A stretch of 64,000 bases of DNA, taken from contig OY970292.1 of assembly GCA_963716145.1 (NCBI GenBank), forward strand, positions 76,104 to 140,103, in the 5' to 3' direction. The stretch comes from Candidatus Levyibacteriota bacterium (GTDB taxonomy: Bacteria; Patescibacteriota; Microgenomatia; Levybacterales; UBA12049). The position numbers and the translations under genes were made by a program. The notes below the pieces were generated by a model, which made no database searches, was not told where the DNA came from, and saw only the letters and a program-made list of their open reading frames with translations. Positions 31,494 to 39,110 of this stretch are shown here, one piece after another (positions within the stretch are counted from its first letter, which is position 1; the number at the start of each line of letters is the position of its first letter).

Positions 31494-32938
31494 AAAAAAC
31501 CGGAAAATTATACTCCATACTTTTAGCGGTGATTCTCTTGGTAGGATTTGCTGTAAGGCTATACCGGTTCAATAATCCAATTGCAGATTGGCACAGTTGG
31601 CGTCAGGCAGACACATCAGCAGTTTCCAGGAATTTTGTTAAAAATAGTTTTGACGTACTTCACCCAAGATTTGATGATCTTTCAAATGTTCCATCAGGGC
31701 TTGATAATCCTCAGGGATACCGGTTTGTAGAATTTCCAATTTATAACATTAAGCAAGCATTTCTTTTCAAAACACTTGGGCTATTTACGCTTGAAGAATG
31801 GGGTAGATTGATAAGTATTTTTGCATACGTTTGTAGCTCTCTTTTTTTATATCTTTTGGTATCCCGTCATAGTAATAAGACTATTGGCTTGTTAAGCGCG
31901 TTTTTTTACACTTTTATCCCCTACAATATTTATTATGGCAGAACAATTTTGCCCGATCCATTGATGGTTACTGCGTCACTTGGGGGAATTTATTTTTTTG
32001 ATTTATGGTTAGAAAATTTCAAATCCAGGAGCAAAAATTATTTATTTTTTATTTTAGCAACCATTTTTACAGCCTGCGCATTATTGGTCAAGCCTTACGC
32101 TTTATTTTTTACGCTGCCGATGATTGTATTGGTTTGGCAAAAGTGGGGAATAGGATTTTTAAAAAAATGGCAGCTGTGGATTTTTGCCATTCTTTCTGTA
32201 CTTCCTCTTATTTGGTGGAGAAATTGGATTACCCAATACCCGGCCGGAATTCCCGCTAACGAATGGCTTCTCAATGGAAACGGGATACGTTTCAGACCGG
32301 CTTTTTTCCGCTGGATTTTTTATGAAAGGATTACAAAGTTAATAAGCGGATACCTGGGAGTAATTATTTTGGCAGTTGGTATTTGGAAAATAAAAAAACA
32401 AAAAGAATGGATGTTTTTTGTTTCATTTTTGTTAAGTTCGTTATTGTACGTAATTGTTTTTGCAACAGGGAATGTGCAGCACGATTATTATCAGATACTT
32501 ATTATGCCAAGCCTGTCGATATTTTTCGCAATAGGAAGTTACTATTTGTACATACTAAATTTAAAAAAGCAACCGGTTGGGAAAATAGTTTTGGCGATAA
32601 GTCTTATAAGTCTTTTCTGGTTTGGGTGGAGTCAGGTAAAGGATTATTTTAATATTAATAATCAGTCAATTATTACGGCAGGTAAGGCAGTTGATAAACT
32701 TACTCCAAAAGATGCAAAGGTTATCGCAAATTATAATGGCGATACCTCATTTCTTTATCAAACTAACAGACAGGGTTGGGCAAGTCTGCAAAATCCACTT
32801 CCTGAAATGGTCCAAAAAGGAGCGGACTATCTGGTTCTTCTTAATCCGACAGAAAAAGATATGGATTTTGGCAAGCCCTACCAAATCGTTACGCGCACTC
32901 GAGAATATATTATTTTTGATTTACACAAAAGCCCATGA
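31490..32938 (+). CDS. ArnT/PMT-like GT-C glycosyltransferase
   Basis: 482 aa polytopic; N-terminal loop DWHSWRQADTSAVSRNF typical of phospholipid-carrier-dependent glycosyltransferases. Confidence 0.45.
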   Translation: MKKTGKLYSILLAVILLVGFAVRLYRFNNPIADWHSWRQADTSAVSRNFVKNSFDVLHPRFDDLSNVPSGLDNPQGYRFVEFPIYNIKQAFLFKTLGLFTLEEWGRLISIFAYVCSSLFLYLLVSRHSNKTIGLLSAFFYTFIPYNIYYGRTILPDPLMVTASLGGIYFFDLWLENFKSRSKNYLFFILATIFTACALLVKPYALFFTLPMIVLVWQKWGIGFLKKWQLWIFAILSVLPLIWWRNWITQYPAGIPANEWLLNGNGIRFRPAFFRWIFYERITKLISGYLGVIILAVGIWKIKKQKEWMFFVSFLLSSLLYVIVFATGNVQHDYYQILIMPSLSIFFAIGSYYLYILNLKKQPVGKIVLAISLISLFWFGWSQVKDYFNINNQSIITAGKAVDKLTPKDAKVIANYNGDTSFLYQTNRQGWASLQNPLPEMVQKGADYLVLLNPTEKDMDFGKPYQIVTRTREYIIFDLHKSP

Positions 32939-33567
32939 AGATTTTGATGGTTAGCTCCTTTCTCCCGTATCCGCTTTTTTCGGGAGGGCAGGTCAGGCTT
33001 TTTAATCTTATTAAGGAATTGTCAGCGCGTCACGAGATAACATTAATTTGTGAGAAACGTGAGAATCAAACCGCTGAGGATGAAAATGAGCTCGGGAAAA
33101 TCTGTAAAAAAATTATAACAGTTAAAAGGAAGAAGCAATGGTCAATGAGAAATATATTGAAAACTGCATTCTCTTCAAATTCATTTTTGGTTACAGGCCA
33201 CACCAACATAGAAATGCAAAATAAAATAAAAGAAGAACTAGAAAGAGAAAAGTACGATTTAATTCATGTGGAAACTTATTATATAATGCAAAATTTACCC
33301 TCTGCATTATCAATTCCTGTAGTTTTGGCGGAACACAACATAGAGTATCAGGTTTACAAGAAGTATGTTGACCAAGGATCGCTATTTTTAAAACCTTTGC
33401 TTTCTTTGGATGTTGCAAAAATACAGAAAGAGGAGGAAAGTTTTTGGAAAAAAGCTGATAAATTAATTGCAGTTTCAGGGGATGATAAAAACGCGATGGA
33501 GAAAAAGGGGCTTATGCCCGTTATTGTTGCGAATGGGGTGGACACTGAGAAATTTAGTTTTAAACTA

Positions 33568-33597
33568 GAATTAAGAATTAAGAAGCAAGAATTAAGG
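33568..33597. repeat. Tandem heptanucleotide array (GAATTAA)x4, one variant gaagcaa, in frame in the frameshifted GT4
   Basis: units 33568-33574, 33575-33581, 33582-33588 (variant), 33589-33595, then gg; encodes LELRIKKQELR. Confidence 0.9.
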
Positions 33598-33680
33598 CGA
33601 ATTTTGTTTATTGGTGATTTTAAGTGGTTGCAAAATAGAGACGCTGTGAAGTTTATAGTTGAGGAGATATGGCCCAAAAT

Positions 33681-33715
33681 AATTTCAAATTTCAAATTTC
33701 AAATTTCAAATTCTC
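33681..33715. repeat. Tandem heptanucleotide array (AATTTCA)x4 plus variant aattctc, in frame in the same GT4
   Basis: units 33681-33687, 33688-33694, 33695-33701, 33702-33708, 33709-33715 (variant); encodes ISNFKFQISNSQ. Confidence 0.9.
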
Positions 33716-34140
33716 AATTAAAATTGTGGATTGTTGGGAGAGAGATTCCGGACTCTATAAAAAACTTAACAAATGATCAAGATATCATTTTTGATGAAGA
33801 AGGATCAGCTAGGCCAACGGAAGAATTATTCCAGGAGGCTGATATTCTTTTTGGCTCCGATCAGAATAGGCGGAGGGACTAGTTATAAAATACTTGAGAG
33901 CATGAGCAGTGGTACGCCCGTCGTAACTACAGAACTTAGCGCAAGTGTAATTGATGCAAAGGATAGCATAAATATTATGGTAGGCAAAAATGCTCAAGAG
34001 CTATCTGAAAAAACATTAAAGCTTCTTTCTGATAAAAGACTTTATCAAGCAGTGGCAAAAAATGGGCGGAGCTTGATTGAAGAAAAATACACATGGAGAA
34101 AAATCGCCAATGAGCTGGATAAAGTTTATAAAAGTCTGAT

Positions 34141-35058
34141 ATGAACAAAGTTGATTTATCAATTGTTATCCTAAATTACAACACCAAGCAGTTGACACTT
34201 GATGCTATTTCATCAATTGAAAAGAACTATCCGGATGAAGTTAAATCTGAGAAATACGAAGTGATAGTTGCGGATAATGCTTCACCGGATGACTCGCATA
34301 AAGCGTTCGAAGAGTATAAAAAGAAAAGTAAAATTAAATCTTTTCACGTCGTTGATAACGGTGGGAATATTGGGTTCTCCAAAGGCAATAATAACGGCTT
34401 AAAATATTCTCAGGGACGGTATGTTTTATTTCTGAATCCCGACACGGTAGTTTATCCCAAAACATTGGACAAAATGGTTGAGTTTATGGATACACATCTT
34501 GGCGCCGGAGCTGCAACCTGCAAAGTCGAGATCCCTGCGGGTGGAATTGATGATGCATCTCATCGGGGATTCCCAACTCCCTGGAACGCCTTAACTCACT
34601 TTTCAGGTTTTGAAAAGTTATTTCCAAAAAGTCGAATATTCGCAGGATATACTCAAGGATTTAAAGATATGAATAGCGTGCATGAGGTTGATGCCATATC
34701 GGGAGCTTTCTTATTTGTTCGGCGGGAAGTTGGGGAGCAGATCGGCTGGTGGGATGAAGAATACTTTTTTTATGGAGAAGATATCCAGTTTTGTTACAAC
34801 ATTAAAAAAGCAGGATATAAAATCTATTATGTGCCAGATGTCAGCATTCTTCACTACGGAGGCGTGTCAAGCGGTATTAAAAAGCAATCCCACCACATAA
34901 CCACAGCAGATAAAGAGCACCGAAAAATTATGCAGAGTCATCGTTTTGCCGCGATGCGGATTTTTTACAAAAAAAATTATCAGAAAAGATACCCCAAGTT
35001 TGTTAGTTGGATTGTAAACAAAGGAATTGACAGCCTACATAAAAAGCATTCGTCTTAG
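34141..35058 (+). CDS. GT2 family glycosyltransferase
   Basis: LSIVILNYNTKQLT...VADNASPDDS. Confidence 0.7.
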   Translation: MNKVDLSIVILNYNTKQLTLDAISSIEKNYPDEVKSEKYEVIVADNASPDDSHKAFEEYKKKSKIKSFHVVDNGGNIGFSKGNNNGLKYSQGRYVLFLNPDTVVYPKTLDKMVEFMDTHLGAGAATCKVEIPAGGIDDASHRGFPTPWNALTHFSGFEKLFPKSRIFAGYTQGFKDMNSVHEVDAISGAFLFVRREVGEQIGWWDEEYFFYGEDIQFCYNIKKAGYKIYYVPDVSILHYGGVSSGIKKQSHHITTADKEHRKIMQSHRFAAMRIFYKKNYQKRYPKFVSWIVNKGIDSLHKKHSS

Positions 35059-35079
35059 CCTCTGTGTTATACTTAAAGC

Positions 35080-36195
35080 ATGAAAATTGGCATTGATGCA
35101 AGGCTTTGGAGCGAAACTGGAGTTGGGAGATATATCCGCAATTTGGTAAAGGAACTTCAAGTATTGGACAAGAAGAATGAGTATGTTTTGTTTGTCAGAA
35201 AGGCAGATTACGATAAGGTTAAATTTCAAATTTCAAATGATAAATTCCATATCAGAATTGCGGATATCCGTTGGCACACAATTGACGAGCAGCTGAAGCT
35301 TCCTCATATACTAGATAAAGAAAATGTGGACTTGGTTCATTTTCCTTATTTTTCTGTTCCTGTGGGTTACAAAAAGCCTTTCGTTATGACAATTCATGAT
35401 TTGATTCTTAATCATTTCCCGACAGGTAAAGCCTCCAAGCTCCCTCTGTATTTATATCAATTAAAGCGTCTTGGCTATGATTATGTAGTAAAAAAAGCAG
35501 TGAAGAGAGCGCAAAAAATTATCGTTCCCCTCAATGCTGTCAGAGATGATTTGGTAGCAACACTTGGAGTCAAAGAAGAAAAAGTTGCTGTAACGTATGA
35601 AGGCTTTGATGAAAAAATAATCAGTAAAGATAAGTCATCGATTGATGATACTAAATATTTTTTGTATGTTGGGAACGCATATCCACACAAGAATATCGAA
35701 AGACTAATAAAAGCCTTTTCCCTTTTTAGAAAAGAACAAAATGCAGAAGTACATTTGCTGTTGGTTGGCAAGGACGACTATTTTTATAAAAAACTTTCAG
35801 AAAAAATAAGGAAAGAAAATTATTCTGGAATTTTGATAAGGAACAATGTAAAAGATTATGAGCTTGCAAATTATTATAATAACGCTATAGCGCTCATTTC
35901 CCCCTCTCTTATGGAAGGATTTGGACTTCCGGTGCTTGAAGCAATGGCATCATCATGTGCCGTACTTGCGTCAGATATTCCCTCACTCAGAGAAGTGTGC
36001 GAAGGTGCGGCGTTATACTTTAATCCGCATTCTATTACAGAGATAAAAGATAAAATGAATCTTATTTTTAATACTGACAAAGAAACTCTAGAAAAATTAA
36101 TAAATAAAGGATTAGATCGTTCTCAGCAATTTTCCTGGAAAAAAATGGCAGAACAAACACTGAAAGTTTATGAAAGTTGCTTTAGTTTACGATAG
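35080..36195 (+). CDS. GT4 family glycosyltransferase; carries short AAATTTC x2 array
   Basis: MKIGIDARLW N-term and SPSLMEGFGLPVLEAMASSCAVLASDIPSLREV C-term. Confidence 0.7.
   Translation: MKIGIDARLWSETGVGRYIRNLVKELQVLDKKNEYVLFVRKADYDKVKFQISNDKFHIRIADIRWHTIDEQLKLPHILDKENVDLVHFPYFSVPVGYKKPFVMTIHDLILNHFPTGKASKLPLYLYQLKRLGYDYVVKKAVKRAQKIIVPLNAVRDDLVATLGVKEEKVAVTYEGFDEKIISKDKSSIDDTKYFLYVGNAYPHKNIERLIKAFSLFRKEQNAEVHLLLVGKDDYFYKKLSEKIRKENYSGILIRNNVKDYELANYYNNAIALISPSLMEGFGLPVLEAMASSCAVLASDIPSLREVCEGAALYFNPHSITEIKDKMNLIFNTDKETLEKLINKGLDRSQQFSWKKMAEQTLKVYESCFSLR
35221..35238. repeat. Short tandem array (AAATTTC)x2 plus partial, in frame in GT4 35080..36195
   Basis: units 35221-35227, 35228-35234, then aaatgat; encodes KFQISND. 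Confidence 0.8.
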
Positions 36196-37258
36196 GATCA
36201 ATAAATGGGGCGGTGCTGAGAGGCTTCTCCTTGCGCTTCATGAATTATTCCCTGAAGCGTCTCTTTATACATCCGTTTATGATAAGGAAAAAGCTCTTTG
36301 GGCAGAAGTTTTTGATATTAGAACTTCTTTTCTGCAAAACATTCCATTTGCCTCAACAAATCATGAACTTCTTGCAGCGTTTATGCCTTTGGCATTTGAA
36401 AGTTTTACTTTTGACGAGTATGATTTGGTGATCTCACTAACTAGTGAGGCAGCAAAAGGAATTATCACAAAACCCGGTACAATACATATTTGTTATTGCC
36501 TAACCCCTACCCGGTATTTGTGGAGCGGTTATGACGAATACTTCAAGAGTGATAGTCTCAAAATTATGTCAAAACCTATTGTTTCAGGTCTTCGCAGGTG
36601 GGATATAGCAGCGAGCAGACGGCCAGATGCCTTTATCGCGATATCCAAGGAAGTTCAAAAAAGAATTAAAAAATATTATGGAAGAGAATCTGATTTGGTT
36701 TATCCGCCAGTGACATTGAGCGCAAGAGCGCAAGAGCGCAAGAGCGCAACGAAGGAAGGAGAATATTTTCTAGTTGTGTCACGTTTGTCAAAGTTTACGG
36801 GATATAAGAGAGTTGACTTGGTTATTGAAGCTGTCAATGAACTTAAAATTCCTTTGAAAATTATTGGGGATGGAAGCTTGAGAAAAGAACTGGAACAAAT
36901 GGCAGGACCGACAATCGAATTTATAGGAAATGTTAATGATGATGAATTGGGTGGATATTACAAAAACTGCAAAGCATTGATCTTTCCGGGGAAAGAGGAC
37001 TTGGGGTTGGTAATGATTGAGGCACAAATGTTTGGAAAACCGGTTATTGCTTACAAGGAAGGTGGAGCTGTAGAATTGGTGATTGAGGCCAAGACGGGAA
37101 TATTTTTCCAGCAGCAAACAAAAAAATCATTAATTGAAGCGCTACAGAAATTTGAAAAAACCAAATTTGATTCAAAAGCCTGCAGAAAAAATGCAGAAAA
37201 ATTTAGCATGGATAAATTTAAGCAAAATTTCTTGTCGGTTGTGAATAAATTGATTTGA
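36170..37258 (+). CDS. GT4 family glycosyltransferase; carries GAGCGCAA x4 array
   Basis: MKVALVYDRINKWGGAERLL N-term, FPGKEDLGLVMIEAQMFGKPVIAYKEGG C-term; 26-nt overlap with upstream gene. Confidence 0.65.
   Translation: MKVALVYDRINKWGGAERLLLALHELFPEASLYTSVYDKEKALWAEVFDIRTSFLQNIPFASTNHELLAAFMPLAFESFTFDEYDLVISLTSEAAKGIITKPGTIHICYCLTPTRYLWSGYDEYFKSDSLKIMSKPIVSGLRRWDIAASRRPDAFIAISKEVQKRIKKYYGRESDLVYPPVTLSARAQERKSATKEGEYFLVVSRLSKFTGYKRVDLVIEAVNELKIPLKIIGDGSLRKELEQMAGPTIEFIGNVNDDELGGYYKNCKALIFPGKEDLGLVMIEAQMFGKPVIAYKEGGAVELVIEAKTGIFFQQQTKKSLIEALQKFEKTKFDSKACRKNAEKFSMDKFKQNFLSVVNKLI
36718..36749. repeat. Perfect tandem octanucleotide array (GAGCGCAA)x4, in frame in GT4 36170..37258
   Basis: units 36718-36725, 36726-36733, 36734-36741, 36742-36749; encodes SARAQERKSAT. 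Confidence 0.9.
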
Positions 37259-37276
37259 TATTATAATGAAGATTGT

Positions 37277-38359
37277 ATGAAAATTGTAGTTTTTGCCGGA
37301 GGAGTCGGTACAAGGCTCTGGCCGCTTTCAAGAAAAAATACTCCCAAGCAGTTTGGAAAAATTATAGGGAATGAGTCTACGCTACAACAAACCGTAAGCC
37401 GGTTAACTGTTGAATTTAAATCAGAAGATATTTATATAGCAACAGGCAAGCAGTATAAGGATGTAGTTATGAAGCAGCTTCCCAATATCCCAAAGGAAAA
37501 TTTTATTTTTGAACCAATGATGCGGGACGTTGGGCCTGCGATTGGCTTGTCGTCCTTTATTCTTGAGAAGAAATTCCCAAATGAACCCATCGCAATTCTT
37601 TGGAGTGACCATATGGTCAAAAACGAAGAAGCGTTCAGGCATGTCCTGCGTCTTGCCGAGAAGAAGATTGTTTCCAAAGAAACTGAATTTGTCTTTATAG
37701 GACAAAAACCCCGTTTTCCCAATCAAAACTGCGGCTGGATCCAGCTCGGTGAAGAAAGTGAAAGCAGTAATGGTGCAAGTGTTTATGAATTTAAAAGACT
37801 TTGTTATCGGCCAAAGCCAGAGGAGGCTGATAAATTTTTTAATGACAAGAACTATGTTTGGAATTTGGGATATTTTGTGACTACACCCAAATATCTTACA
37901 ACACTTTTCAAAAAGTATACTCCTGATATGTCAAAGCTTCTATCAGAAGTTCAAAATGATTACGGATCAGACAAATATGAAAAAACACTTGAAGATATTT
38001 ATCCAAAACTTGAAAAAATCAGTTTTGATGATGCTATTCTGGTCAAACTTTCTCCAAACAACCTTAAAGTTATTGCGACCGATCTTGGCTGGAGCGATGT
38101 GGGGGCATGGGACGCATTGAAGGAGGCCCTGGAAACACATAAAGAGGAAAATGTAACCCGGGGAAATATAGAATTGGAAGATACAAAGGACGTTTTAATG
38201 TTCAATTATGAAGAAAAGCTATGTATCGGTATTGATTTGTCGGAAATGGTTGTAATTAATACAGAGGATGTTTTGCTAGTGTGTCCCAAAGGTTCAATTC
38301 CTAAAATAAAAAAGTTCGTTGAAAATTTAACCGGAACTGACCACGAGCATTTAATATAA
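37277..38359 (+). CDS. Mannose-1-phosphate guanylyltransferase (GDP-mannose pyrophosphorylase)
   Basis: MKIVVFAGGVGTRLWPLSRKNTPKQF nucleotidyl-transferase signature. Confidence 0.6.
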   Translation: MKIVVFAGGVGTRLWPLSRKNTPKQFGKIIGNESTLQQTVSRLTVEFKSEDIYIATGKQYKDVVMKQLPNIPKENFIFEPMMRDVGPAIGLSSFILEKKFPNEPIAILWSDHMVKNEEAFRHVLRLAEKKIVSKETEFVFIGQKPRFPNQNCGWIQLGEESESSNGASVYEFKRLCYRPKPEEADKFFNDKNYVWNLGYFVTTPKYLTTLFKKYTPDMSKLLSEVQNDYGSDKYEKTLEDIYPKLEKISFDDAILVKLSPNNLKVIATDLGWSDVGAWDALKEALETHKEENVTRGNIELEDTKDVLMFNYEEKLCIGIDLSEMVVINTEDVLLVCPKGSIPKIKKFVENLTGTDHEHLI

Positions 38360-38362
38360 ATA

Positions 38363-39031
38363 ATGCCAAACAAAGAGACACAAAAAAATACATGGTACGA
38401 TTTTGCCAAACGAGTATTGGATATTTTTTTTTCTGCAATTATTCTTATGTTCTTCTCCCCAATTATTGTGATTGTTGCCATATTAATTAAAATAGAAACA
38501 CCTGGCCCCATTCTTGCTGATACTCCTGAGAGGGTAGGAAAAGATGGTGAATTGTTTTATCCCTATAAATTCAGATCAATGATTGTTAACGCCTACCAGC
38601 TTTTAAAGACAGACCCTAAGCTCAGGAAGGCCTATGAGGAGCAGCAAAAAGGGGGAAACTATAAAATAAAAAATGATCCAAGGATTACAAAAGTCGGTAA
38701 ATTTATAAGAAAGCATTCGCTTGATGAAATTCCTCAGCTCTTAAATGTGCTTAAGGGTGAAATGAGCCTGGTTGGTCCTCGTCCATACTATCCTGAGGAG
38801 CTTGAGAAGCAGCAGCAAAGATATCCCCAAACCAAGAATTCGGTTAAAGAGGTGTTGTCGGTAAAACCGGGGATTACGGGCCGTTGGCAGGTGTCGGGCA
38901 GAAGCGAAGTGAATTTTGACAAGAGAATCCAAATGGATGCAACTTATGCAAAGCGGCGTTCTGTTTTTTATGATCTCTTGATTATAGCTAAGACCCCATG
39001 GGCGATGATTTCAGGCCGCGGTGCCCTCTAA
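38363..39031 (+). CDS. Initiating sugar phosphotransferase (undecaprenyl-phosphate glycosyl-1-phosphate transferase, small Bac_transf type)
   Basis: KRVLDIFFS...YKFRSM...DEIPQLLNVLKGEMSLVGPRP motifs of the bacterial sugar transferase family. Confidence 0.7.
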   Translation: MPNKETQKNTWYDFAKRVLDIFFSAIILMFFSPIIVIVAILIKIETPGPILADTPERVGKDGELFYPYKFRSMIVNAYQLLKTDPKLRKAYEEQQKGGNYKIKNDPRITKVGKFIRKHSLDEIPQLLNVLKGEMSLVGPRPYYPEELEKQQQRYPQTKNSVKEVLSVKPGITGRWQVSGRSEVNFDKRIQMDATYAKRRSVFYDLLIIAKTPWAMISGRGAL

Positions 39032-39071
39032 GTGCTGTTTTATGAAACATATTTACCTTACCCTTGTCAAG

Positions 39072-39110
39072 TTGACATTTTTGGGCAAATTTTCGTAAGA
39101 TATATAAATG
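39072..39110 (+). promoter_or_regulatory. Candidate sigma70-type promoter TTGACA-18-TAAGAT ending at the ATG of the 39108 ORF (possible leaderless transcript)
   Basis: ttgaca at 39072-39077, taagat at 39096-39101, atg at 39108; motif tttttggg...atatataaatgg shared with the mraZ upstream region. Confidence 0.35.

Larger units (their letters stand above)
32935..34144 (+). pseudogene. GT4 glycosyltransferase disrupted by a +1 frameshift at a T5 run (33846-33850); N-terminal part 32935..33882, C-terminal part in frame 2 to 34144; also carries GAATTAA and AAATTTC arrays
   Basis: Frame-1 ORF ends 33882 right after ...EADILF; frame-2 continues LAPIRIGGGTSYKILESMSSGTPVV (GT4 C-terminal motif); removing one T restores a single ~400 aa GT4. 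Confidence 0.55.
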
